The position numbers and the translations under genes were made by a program. From Octopus bimaculoides (taxonomy: Eukaryota): 64,000 nt of DNA. The stretch is from NCBI RefSeq assembly GCF_001194135.2, contig NC_068983.1, forward strand, positions 137,723,714 to 137,787,713. Direction: 5' to 3'. Below are positions 52,814-64,000 of the stretch, one piece after another. The notes beneath the pieces were generated by a model, which did no database searches, was not told where the DNA came from, and was given only the letters and a program-made list of their open reading frames with translations. Position 1 is the first letter of the stretch, and the number at the start of each line of letters is the position of its first letter.

Positions 52814-53590
52814 TGTACCCAGATATGCACCTATACATATAGGTGGATGTCGGTATGCACATACCTGTACGNNNNNNNNNNNNNNNNNNNNNNNNNNNNN
52901 NNNNNNNNNNNNNNNNNNNNNNNNNNNNNNNNNNNNNNNNNNNNNNNNNNNNNNNNNNNNNNNNNNNNNNNNNNNNNNNNNNNNNNNNNNNNNNNNNNNN
53001 NNNNNNNNNNNNNNNNNNNNNNNNNNNNNNNNNNNNNNNNNNNNNNNNNNNNNNNNNNNNNNNNNNNNNNNNNNNNNNNNNNNNNNNNNNNNNNNNNNNN
53101 NNNNNNNNNNNNNNNNNNNNNNNNNNNNNNNNNNNNNNNNNNNNNNNNNNNNNNNNNNNNNNNNNNNNNNNNNNNNNNNNNNNNNNNNNNNNNNNNNNNN
53201 NNNNNNNNNNNNNNNNNNNNNNNNNNNNNNNNNNNNNNNNNNNNNNNNNNNNNNNNNNNNNNNNNNNNNNNNNNNNNNNNNNNNNNNNNNNNNNNNNNNN
53301 NNNNNNNNNNNNNNNNNNNNNNNNNNNNNNNNNNNNNNNNNNNNNNNNNNNNNNNNNNNNNNNNNNNNNNNNNNNNNNNNNNNNNNNNNNNNNNNNNNNN
53401 NNNNNNNNNNNNNNNNNNNNNNNNNNNNNNNNNNNNNNNNNNNNNNNNNNNNNNNNNNNNNNNNNNNNNNNNNNNNNNNNNNNNNNNNNNNNNNNNNNNN
53501 NNNNNNNNNNNNNNNNNNNNNNNNNNNNNNNTTGTACCCAGATATGCACTTATACATACAGGTGGATGTCGGTACGCACATACCTGTACG
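52814..53590. repeat. 58-bp unit on both sides of a 660-N gap (probable collapsed minisatellite)
   Basis: tgtacccagatatgcacctatacatataggtggatgtcggtatgcacatacctgtacg (52814-52871) and a copy with 3 substitutions (53533-53590). Confidence 0.8.
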
Positions 53591-53618
53591 TATATATGCA
53601 TATACTTATTTACTATTT

Positions 53619-53655
<37 letters not shown>

Positions 53656-54869
53656 TTAAAATGATCTTCGAAGAGTCGACCACAATATTCAGTTGAAAAA
53701 CTATCCAAATACTAGAGTCTGTAGAAACGACATAAAAATGTCATCAAACACACCAAAACAAAAACAGACAATAAGTGACCGAATAAAACTGGACATGCAC
53801 AATAGTATTTTAAGCGCCCCTGAAAAACTTTGCTTTAGATGTATGTATATATTGCAAGAAACAGCTAAATTTCTTTCTCTAACATTTTACATAATTCAAC
53901 CTATACATATTAATGTGTGAAAAACAAAATAGGAATTTTGAAAGAAGTTTCTATAAAACTAGCTTTTAGACATTGAATGGCTATCGGGTCTGCCAGATTT
54001 AAATAGTAACCAAAGAGGTCCATAGATAAAAAAATGGCTGAGAACCCCTAACTTAACCGAGTAACAAAGATTATAACAGCGAAAATGCTTTGGTAATTAA
54101 ACGGGCAAATGAAAGTAAAGTTGTTCTTTTTCGCTCGGTACAAATGCACTATATTATAGAAGAATGAAGAAAATTATGATGTATGGACAACCGTGACTCT
54201 CTCAACATATCTGTAGCGTAAGTAAAATGACATTACGTTAAATATACATCGAAAATACTAGTTATTGAGGTTAATGAATATTTATTTCCACATTGTCTTT
54301 ACCTCTGACAAATATGATAATTCATTGAAAACGTCCATATTAATGGTACAGATATTTTTATTTCTCACGAGCAACAATTCCAGCTGCTGCATTTGACAGA
54401 TATATGACACTCGATCAATATATTAAGATTATGGATGACACAATCGGCAGAACAACGGACAACCTGAAGAGAGCAATTCATCCTTATTTTGGCTCTTCAT
54501 AGTTTCTTATGACAAATACACATAACTCTCAAAAGGTTAAACTACTGAGCTAAAACTAAGGGATATAATTCACCTCGAGAAGCAGTACTCAGTTCAGTCC
54601 CATCCACAAGAAAATTTACTATTGATAAACTGGCGTTATATCTAGTCGGTGATTTGCTTCTCATCTATTTAATGCTAAAGTAGTCAGAGATAAGCACAGG
54701 AGTGATTCGTAAAGGTCTCCATGGACTACGAAAACAATGATGAATTTCGTAATGTGGGCTCATTGCATTTACAATTCAGAAAGACCGTTGTAACGTTTAG
54801 TTAGGAAGTGTTATCCTCTCTCAAAACATTAATGCCAAACAGAAAGTCCGTTTCTTAATGTTAACATTA

Positions 54870-55600
54870 AGAACAAAAACAAACTTTGAAAAAAAAAACT
54901 GGACCAATGCACATTACATTAGCAAGGCAATATCTAAAACACAAGTATATAGAATAGACGTACGAGTTATGCAGATAAAGGAACTGATGAAAAGTAGTGC
55001 AAGAAATAAAAATGAACGTATGAAAGTTCATGATTCCCTCAAAATTGGAATAGACAAACTTATAGACAGAATATATACTTGAAAGCAAAACATTCGGTTG
55101 CTCATAACAGAGGTCTGTCATAAAAGTATCCCAATGGAATCCACAACACACAAAGCGAACAAGATCCAATAAAAGAAATAAAGCAACACAAGAGAGACGA
55201 CTACACATGCAATATATGGGACACCAGAATATGCTGAAAATGCAAAACCCACTTCACAATAAACAAAAATGTCAATAAATGGAAACAGGGTAAAAGAACT
55301 AAAACATCAAAAGATAACGAAAGCCAGAACTCTCAGAGAAACAATCAACGAACTACATAGCCAAAGAAAAATCATACTCTCGACCCCACGCCTAAGAACA
55401 AACAGAATAAAAACAAACATCTCAACAGAGCAACTGCAGTTAACATTCAGCTGGATAAATTTGAAATAATAGAGAAAACCGAAGAGAACATTACAAAATC
55501 AATGATCAAGATTGAAAGTAAACATCTACTCAAGCTCCAAACGAAGAAGCTTCTTTATGAAAGAATAAATAAACGAAATGGGCTTCACAAGAAATTCTGT
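54870..55600 (+). mobile_element. Possible very old LINE relic (RTE-like)
   Basis: A-rich strand; VIKVSQWNPQHTKRTR resembles the RTE motif KxLxWNPQGKRKRGRP. Nothing else is clearly recognisable. Confidence 0.25.
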
Positions 55601-56604
55601 TAGCAGCCACAAATTGCCTGAATATGGACAGACTGAAAGAAAAAAAAAATCATATCTACTTGTTTGGTACTTCTTGTATCAATTCAAGAGAGAGTGCAAA
55701 ATCATTCTCGACAGGATTTGAACTCTGAACGTAGATGAAGGGATTGGTTAACGGTAGGCCTTTCATCCGGTGCTCTACCGTTTCAACGAGTAGAGAACTG
55801 GATGAAATATCCAATTCTGTGTAAAGGATTTTGATGTGTACTGGACTCTAATAGTTCGTTCGTCAAGATTTAAATTCAGAAATAAAATGAATGAAACTAA
55901 AGGAATTTAGTTCACTGCACTGACGTCTCTGCGTCAAATAACAGAATCAATATTCGAACCAAACGATTTCTTGTTGAGTCACAGAAGGCTAATCGATAAT
56001 ACATCAATAGTCTAAAGGATAGGTGATTAGTATACTGTCACGGTTACTGTGTCCCGTGTTTAGTAAAGAAATAAAAAGATTTTGTGGTAAATAATTGTAA
56101 AAGGACATATTTCTGACACAAATTAGTTTCGGTTTCCGGCTACAAATAAATTAACTTCACATATAATACAAATGCCTTTAGTAAAAACATGAGTATTACA
56201 CATTCTCGCCCGCCTTATTTACAAATGTGTGATTTTGTACTTAAGAACAAATGAACATTTGATCCCATTCTGTGAGTGCTGAAGTACTGAAGTAAGCTAA
56301 TTTCAAGTAGGATCTGAAACCTGGTTTCTATTCCTCATTTTAACAGACTCCTTCACTTACGCTAGTAATTTAGCATGAAAATGATATAAACCTTGCAAAA
56401 TCTAATTAGTTTGCTATATATCTGAGCTAATTGTAAGAAATCACCATTTTATTTTATTCATCGATGTTTTCATATGAATAAAGAAAGGCCGAGACCGATA
56501 GTCACTGTATTTGACGGAATACTAGAAATGAGATACAACATCAAATTGGAAATATCCCAAAATATATATTAAAAAAAATCACTTGATAATTTTTTCGAAT
56601 TTTG

Positions 56605-56805
56605 GTACATGATAAACAATTTTCGGAGGAGGGGTTAGCCGACTATATCGACCTCACTACCTGACTGGTACTTTGTTTAACGAACGAACCCGAAAGGATG
56701 AAAGACAAAGTTGACCTCAGCAGGATTTGAATTCAGAACATAAAAAGCTGGAAGAAATGTCGCTAAGCATTTTTCTGACGCGTCAACGATTATGCCAGTT
56801 CGTTG
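56605..56805 (-). mobile_element. SINE (family of 7999-8199)
   Basis: Aligns by eye with 7999-8199 (ggaggggtta.ccga.t.tatcgacc...; gctaagcatttt). Confidence 0.8.
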
Positions 56806-56844
56806 TCTAACAAAAAAAACCCCCCAAAAAACCCCCAAAAAAAC

Positions 56845-56980
56845 AATGGGTAGTTCTTTCTACTTATAGGTACAAGGTCTGAATTTTGGGAGGAGGAGAT
56901 ATAATGCTCTACTGGTACATATATTTCATCGACCCGAAAAGTGATGAAAGGCAAAGTTGACTTCGGTGGCATTTGAACCC
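56845..56980 (-). mobile_element. Partial SINE, same family, tandem to the previous copy
   Basis: ctggtacat...atcgacccgaaaag.gatgaaaggcaaagttgac.tcgg repeats 56670-56720. Confidence 0.7.
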
Positions 56981-58169
56981 ACCTTATACAATGGATAATA
57001 ACAATCGATAAGATTCGACAACATATTCTACAATCATAATCTGCAGCAGGCCAGATTCTAGGTTAGTAGATAAGAATTGCCAGTTAAGTCAAAATGGATA
57101 AGGCAAGTATGAGATATGAGGAAGGGACATTGAAATGTACAATTAAAGTCGGATCTGACATCGTTGACAGAGTATTGGATCGTATTTAGCCCCCGACACA
57201 GCGTTGTGCTAAAACACTTCATTCCTAAACGACAAAGCCTGCTTCGTTGTTATAAGATATCATAAAGCAAGGTGGCATCCTCAGTTTAAGCAAGGGAAAT
57301 AATATAAAATTAACAGTTGCTTCATTAGCTTATGACACTGACTGTACATTCTCTCATAAATATAGCTTGGAAGAGATTGAGTTCCACGAGGAAGACTTGT
57401 CATTAATATGTATAACGGTTTAGGCATGGTAATACAATAAACAAGAAAGGCTTCAACTAAAACATAAGCAAAAGCACTATGCTTTGTAGACTGCTTATGT
57501 TAAGAAGTTCGGTAGGTTCTCTATAAAACAATTAATTGTATACATATACTGGTGTAGTGTTGAGCCTGCAAGAAACGAACACCCATTATATTTCCCTCAG
57601 TCAGATGGTGTGCTGGCATTTAAAGTGATCAGCTAAAATGCCTGAGCACTTGCCTTAGGGCTTCTGAAGCCTGTAGCTGTTTTTTGTGCTGGTGGCAGAA
57701 TGGTGGCTGATCTAAAACAGATACTGGAATGCAGGCATCTCCTTCGATGTTCCAACCAATCAGCGGTCGTGGACAGCTAATTATCGACATCAAAACGACG
57801 AATGAAAGGCAAACTTTCAAGTGTAGTTGACGATACCTTTACTTTTATTATTGTTTATACTTGTAAAGTATTCTTTTACGAAATTCTCTACATAGAATTG
57901 TTGAATTTTATAAAGTTTGAAATATATTCAAAGATTATAAAACTTAGTCTGATTTAGGGAGCAAGCAACATGAATATTTTAAAAATATGCACCAATTCCA
58001 CTGGATTTGAAACAAGCAGTAACTTTTCGAAGATATGTCTTTTAAATGTGTCTGGTGCAGTGATTGCAAATATATACTGTCTTCATCTCTGTCTGTCTGT
58101 CTTTCTCTCTTTCTCCCCCTAACTCTCTATCTATATATATACAGACAAACAGACAGACATACACACACA

Positions 58170-58232
<63 letters not shown>

Positions 58233-58246
58233 ACACACACACACAG

Positions 58247-58280
<34 letters not shown>

Positions 58281-58584
58281 ACACACACACACATAATATG
58301 TATATACAAGTAGGTGTATGTCGGTATATGTTTTCAAGATATTTTAGTTTTATTTCCAAGTGCCCTTGTCATTGTGGGGAAATCTTAAGAAAAAATAAAG
58401 TCTACGTTCGTTACATTAATTGAATATTAAATTTGAAAGAAGTTTTCTTCATTTAAACCAAACAAAACGGAAATAAAATAATACACACTCATACTTATAT
58501 TCTACATGTATACTTAAAAAATATTCGGACACATCGTCAGTAAATCAACCGAACTTGTTCAAAACAAAAAGCATTCTACTTACT

Positions 58585-59590
58585 CCACCGATCACCTCTT
58601 TTCGGCCAGAGTCATCTAGGTGCTTTCTTAGCAGCCGCTACTTAGTTTTGATTTCTCTTCTATTCATTCCTACAAAATTCAGGGCTCTATAGGCTGTACT
58701 CAGGAAAAGACCTATGGACCATTGAATGCCCACCTCCAGTGTCAAATATCTGGTCATCTTCCTATTCCTACAACAGACTTTCATCAACTCCTGGTTCTTG
58801 GCTCTCTTCTCCTGTGCTTCATTCAGCCTCTCATTTTAGAGAACAGTTAATTCAAGTAGGACTAGCCGCCTTGTTGCCTCAGAAACTAAAATAATATCTA
58901 GTCTCAACAAGATCTGCTTGATATATGATGGACAATTTCATTGCTTCTCCAGATCAGCAAATCTCTGGCGGCGTTCATGGCTATTTTCTTTGAAGGTTCT
59001 CCCTCCTTAACAAAGCCGACCTTTCTGGTTGTGTGAGCATTACTACTGTCTCCTATCCTCCTGCTGATTGCCTCAGCGATGCCATTGGACACCTGATCTA
59101 TCTCCAGTGACAGCATCTCTTGCCGAGTGCTTTAGAGAAGCTGCTTGGGATGTGTTCAAAAGTCTCCCCTTCAGAATACAGGAGCATACTATTGATTTCC
59201 CGATGTCCAATGGTAAAAAAGGTTGGACAGGCCGGGGAGGGCGTCATAAGATCCTTGAATCAAGAACTCGATCCTCTACGGATTCTACTAGATCCTGCTA
59301 GATTATCTTCTGTTTCTTCATTTTCCACTGCTTAATCCAGGCATCCTGTTTCCATTACGCTGCTTACCTGCTCCTCTTCTACCCATGCTCACACCTCTTC
59401 TTGCACTATCTTCCGCCTCTCCTTCCTGCCAACCATGTCATATCGTGTTGTTGTTGCAACTGAGAGTTCGATCTTGCCACACTCTCAAGAAGGGTCTTGT
59501 GTTTAAGCCATTCCACTGCCTACTGGACTGTCTAGGTTTTCTTCATCTTCTCTCTGTTACCGCAGCAATCCCTGCATCAGACACTTTAGT
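58585..59590 (-). mobile_element. Degenerate HERO-like RLE non-LTR retrotransposon 3' part
   Basis: KERRKIVQEEV; RIEFLIQGSYDALP; DQVSNGIAEAI; DLEKQ*NCP...LRLDIILVSEATRRLVLLELTVL*NERLNEAQEKRAKNQEL...LEVG. This matches the HERO/CRE-type RPDIVLxS...LLELTVPWEERxEEAxERKRAKYxEL pattern. Confidence 0.85.
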
Positions 59591-59955
59591 GTACTACAGG
59601 TATTCTCGTAATCATGTAACTTGTTTTTACGCATGTATGTGTATATGTACGGATGGATGAATGTAGACGAGAGAAAAAAGCCATATCGTCGTACCTAGAT
59701 ATGAATTTATTTAACAGAGAAGCCTTGGTAACCCTGTTTGTCCAAATTTTACTTCAAATGGGAATAATGGTCATCTACCTGTCGACATTAAGAGTGGAGA
59801 TATCAAAACTCCCAAAAAGTTATTGAACGATCATCAAGCAATGCTACTGAAAGAATTATGGATACCATGATGATCTTTCCGAAAGTTGATGTTAAAGATG
59901 CTGCTAACTACCCAAAAAACTTATTCACTTCTCTTCAGTCAGTTCTTATCTCTCA

Positions 59956-60003
59956 TAACCCCAACCCGTAACCCTAACCCTAACCCTTAACTCCAACCCT
60001 AAC
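59956..60003. repeat. Short degenerate (TAACCC)n array
   Basis: Three perfect units at 59969-59986 with degenerate flanks. Confidence 0.85.
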
Positions 60004-60579
60004 TAATTGTCAAAATTCTTATGTCCGTAATGAGGGATTGGACCGAAAAAGATGCCGTTAGTCCACACATTTCCCGCATCATTCAGATATACTATTTCAG
60101 TCCGTCAGGGTCGATGGAGTTGAAACGTTAAGTCTATGTTTCTGTCATGATCCATGTTTCAAGTTCACATGTTGGGCCAAGTAGAACTTTTATCATCAGA
60201 GTACAGAATTCTTTAACAAGAAATATTGTCTATCCTAGAGTTCTTGCTGACTAATACAATGTTCTATTAGAATTGCACCAATTTTTGAATTACATAACAT
60301 TTTAGAATAGCAATAAAGTGTGTAAAGTAACATGTGAAGATAATATTTCAAGTTACAAATGTAAAATTATCAATACACATTTTTTATTGATAATTATAAA
60401 TTTACGATTTCACACATCATGAAAATTTGGAAAAATTCAACTTCAGATATGTGTATACATTACAATGTAAAACATATGCACGTATGATTGTATACAAAAA
60501 ATACTCCTTGAAAATTTGCTATAAGTTATATTTTTAAGTTTGATAAAAGCTGTTTCTGTATATTCAGTGCTCGGGTAAC

Positions 60580-60638
<59 letters not shown>

Positions 60639-60770
60639 TGAACAAAAATGATCTAAGTAAAATACCTCAGAGAGGCCAGTGGCATGTACATAAACAACGT
60701 GGACAAATATAGGCATATCAAATACCATACTACATAAATTAATGATTTATTAAAATTAACTTCAACTCAA

Positions 60771-60854
60771 GAGGGTGTCACAGTTTCCAAATGTCAATGC
60801 TATTTGGTCTCAGTTGGTTTTTGGCAATTGTGACACATCCTCTAGAGGATGTGT
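60771..60854. other. 72-nt hairpin overlapping a perfect 22-bp palindrome
   Basis: gagggtgtcacagtttccaaa pairs with tttggcaattgtgacacatcctc. acacatcctctagaggatgtgt (60833-60854) is self-complementary. Confidence 0.85.
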
Positions 60855-62689
60855 ATTGTATTTGATATACTTGTATTTGTCCAGGTTGTTCTCATACACG
60901 CCGCTAGCCAAAACCACAAATGTGTTCTACTCTTTTTTTTGCAGATATCTGATTCTCTTGGTTACTGAGGAAAACAATTCCGTGCCGATGACACCTATTG
61001 AGGCAGAAACGCATGTCCGCAACTGTTCTCTTCTCTCCGGACAATTTAGCCTGTTTTTCCTTAATAGCATGCCAACTTTGGAGAATTCTTGATTCTTAAG
61101 CTTATCTTCCTCTCTCATATGGAGCTTCTTCCAGTTGCCGTTTGATAATTGTTATGTACATACATATATTTCAACATTTCCTTCCAAAAAGGCTAATGTG
61201 TTTCGACTTTCGTCCATTAAGACAAAAGTCGAAATAAAAATATACTTACCCTTGCCTTGTATTTTTGATTTGTTGGTATCTTTGGTCATATGGTCTTGTA
61301 TCTCATTCTTTCTGTGGCTCTCGTTTACTATATATATATATATATATATNNNNNNNNNNNNNNNNNNNNNNNNNNNNNNNNNNNNNNNNNNNNNNNNNNN
61401 NNNNNNNNNNNNNNNNNNNNNNNNNNNNNNNNNNNNNNNNNNNNNNNNNNNNNNNNNNNNNNNNNNNNNNNNNNNNNNNNNNNNNNNNNNNNNNNNNATA
61501 TATATATATATATATAAATAAATATATATAAATATATATATGTATATATATGTGTCTGTGTGCGCGCGCGCGTGTTTGTGTGTGCGTGTGTGTAATCGGC
61601 CTGTCTCTGTTTCTCTTTCTTTCAGTTTATATATCTATGCGTGTAGTAAATATAAATTCTCTTTATCTGTATTTAATCATATTTGCCATTCGTTGTCTTT
61701 TTATATTTGGCCAATGAGTATAGATTATTATAGTCGTGTCGTGTCATTAGTCAGATAATCAATGAACTGTCGGCAAGAAGACAGGTTGTAGCGTTTATGA
61801 TTTATAGCCGAAAGCTAAAGAGTTAATTTCTGATATTATTTGTCATGAGTGATTGTGGTCGTAGAGACAAGTTTATAACCTCGCAACAGAGAGGATATGG
61901 CGATGAACAAAGAAGAAATATGACACTTAGATTTGGATTGCTGAATATGGTTTTATTATTTTTTTTGGTTTCGATTAGATAAGTTTCTCTACTTTCATTT
62001 TTGGTGTAGGAAAAATAGTGAACTGTTAAGAGCAAATAGTTTAATAGTTCGAGCTAGGAAGACGTAGGTGATTGTTATATCACGTCATAACCATGGTGAA
62101 GATCAATAAGTTTCGAAAGCTTAGTCTACATCAGCTCTACAGTGAGCTGCCTCAGCTACATTAACAGCTGTATAGCAAACAGGTCGGCTACATAAGCGGC
62201 ATTATTATCAAATGGATGAATGTCATGTTAGCTTGCATTAGTGACTTGAATTCAATAGTTGATTAAAGATCAACGGATGACCAAAATACATCACATTTTA
62301 TCATATACTAAAACTACAGAGACATAAATCTTATCTATGACATACTACAAGCATGTAGACCCCAAAATAAGCTACTATTGATAACTGTGATCCACAGGTT
62401 TGATTGTTGGATTTGAAAGTTGTAAACTTTAAGACTCCTGATGTTATACTCGCCATACTAGTACAATATTCTCTCGTAGGCTTACGTACATTTACAACAA
62501 GGAGCACTCACAACACACTATACAATACACAACAAAGCAAAATTAGATAAAAAAATACTCATTGAAAAAATGCTCATTGATAATACAATCATATTATATC
62601 AAATTCTTAACAAAAATAGTACTTAGCTGTCGTCAAGTATTGGGTTACGTCCAGGATGTCGACCTTGAGTATGAGCAAGTGTTATCCTA

Positions 62690-62990
62690 CAGAAAGTCCC
62701 CAACCCTCCCAACTGCAATCATAAATCTAGTCACAGACATAAGCAGAAGAATTTCTAATGCATCAGCGGATAGAGAGATCTTCAACAGGACCGCACCCGT
62801 CTATAATAAGGCATTAACGAGGAGTGAATTCACAAGCGATTCAGAAAAGGAAAGATAATTTGGTTCAATCCTCCATGCAACCTAAAAATTTCAAATGACA
62901 CATTTAAGAATTACTAACGCTAATTAAAAAAAATATAACATTTCCCTAGAATATATAGCTACTATAAGCGTCCTGTTAATGAACTTCAAG
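62690..62990 (+). mobile_element. Penelope-like element RT thumb/linker fragment
   Basis: PTAIINLVTDISRRISNASADREIFNRTAPVYNKAL...RKIIWFNPP. The IIWFNPP motif is characteristic of PLEs. Confidence 0.8.
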
Positions 62991-63285
62991 ACACTGGTAG
63001 CTGGCAATCCAGATATATCACCCTAAACTAAGCTGCCCCATATACAAAGGCGGGATATTTAATCCTTCTCACTCATATAGACTATATACCCCACTCCATG
63101 CTGATCATACAACCTCAGTTGTAACCCGACACCATCAAAATTGGTTACTTACACGTAAAGACTGTTGTCGCCATTGTCGTGTTGANNNNNNNNNNNNNNN
63201 NNNNNNNNNNNNNNNNNNNNNNNNNNNNNNNNNNNNNNNNNNNNNNNNNNNNNNNNNNNNNNNNNNNNNNNNNNNNNNNNNNNNN

Positions 63286-63452
63286 AAAGATTTTTTATTC
63301 TCTCTGTTTATTTCCTCGTGTTACTTTCGGTTGAAGAGCGTAGGCTCGAAACGTAAAAGATTTTTTCACTTTCCTGAGCGTTGAACTATTACACCTGTTT
63401 GTTGTTTATACACCTGTCTTCGTATTTTGTTTTTCTGTAAATTCAAACTACA
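63286..63452 (+). mobile_element. PLE-associated terminal repeat (family of 44143-44446)
   Basis: ggttgaagagcgtaggctcgaaacgtaaaag plus the shared downstream sequence. Lies just after the PLE RT fragment and a gap. Confidence 0.65.
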
Positions 63453-63468
63453 TATATAGATACACGCA

Positions 63469-63552
<84 letters not shown>

Positions 63553-64000
63553 ACATGTTTACACATATTTGAACAACGTCTGTACAGTCACAGGTCCTCT
63601 TTTAATATATCGGAAAGGCGCAACATCACGTCCTTGACCAGTCACATATTGCGCTTAAAAGAGAAGGGCACACTGTGCATAGTTAAATGGATGCTCCTTG
63701 AACAAACAGGAATTTATATAAACGGGAGCAAATGAAGTAAGCTTTGCGTGGTTGAGAGAGCAAGAATCCTAAAAACGTGCTTGAATCGGGTGGGGGGCTT
63801 TTACAACTCCAGGAAAGAAGTATTTAGTCAATGTCCTCATCTGAGACGTTTCCTATTACAAGCTTGGAATTCCCCATTCACCGAGTAGAACTGCGAGAGT
63901 ATCTTTGAATATTGTCACTGTTGGAATCGATGGGTAAGGGTGGGTAATCCCGTCCCGCCTGAAACACTTTCTGCACGGTCATCCTGGATGTATATTTTTT

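Noticed and set aside
37240-53590. Direct repeats (48 bp twice; 58 bp twice) considered as CRISPR-like
   Set aside because: There are no unique spacers or cas genes, and the DNA is eukaryotic.
54464-54505. CTGAAGA-GAGC...GCTC hairpin, hammerhead-like
   Set aside because: No GAAA core follows the stem (TTCA instead).
63780-64000. GC-richer minus-strand frame IPTVTIFKDTLAVLLGEWGIP at the window edge
   Set aside because: It is interrupted by stops and truncated by the window, and no family could be assigned.

Overview
AT-rich eukaryotic DNA that is almost entirely intronic or intergenic. It has 19 N-gaps, most flanked by microsatellites, which suggests a short-read assembly. The microsatellite density and SINE content suggest an octopus or other coleoid cephalopod (inference). 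No host protein-coding gene, rRNA, tRNA gene or CRISPR array could be confidently called, and the long ORFs in the track are artefacts of N-runs and microsatellites. The window is a collection of decayed transposable elements. RLE-type non-LTR retrotransposons make up nine fragments: R4/Dong-like copies, several of them at (AAT)n arrays, one divergent RLE type and one HERO-like copy. Other retroelements are a Tx1/L1 3' end at a (TTC)n array, a Tx1-like ORF1 fragment, RTE, CR1-group and Penelope-like (PLE) pieces. DNA elements include hAT, mariner and Tc1 relics, MITEs and several tRNA-derived SINE families. The leads most worth following are: a near-canonical minimal type I hammerhead ribozyme at 34361-34406 inside a 25-bp inverted repeat; two microsatellite-anchored stacks of retrotransposons (13.6-17.5 kb and 25.2-30.1 kb); a head-to-head PLE palindrome (47.9-49.1 kb); two long fold-backs; a pre-miRNA-sized hairpin overlapping a perfect 22-bp palindrome (60.8 kb); and a few weak, unannotated candidate exons. 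Family assignments come from manual motif reading, not database searches. I found no evidence that amounts to a demonstrated new biological system.
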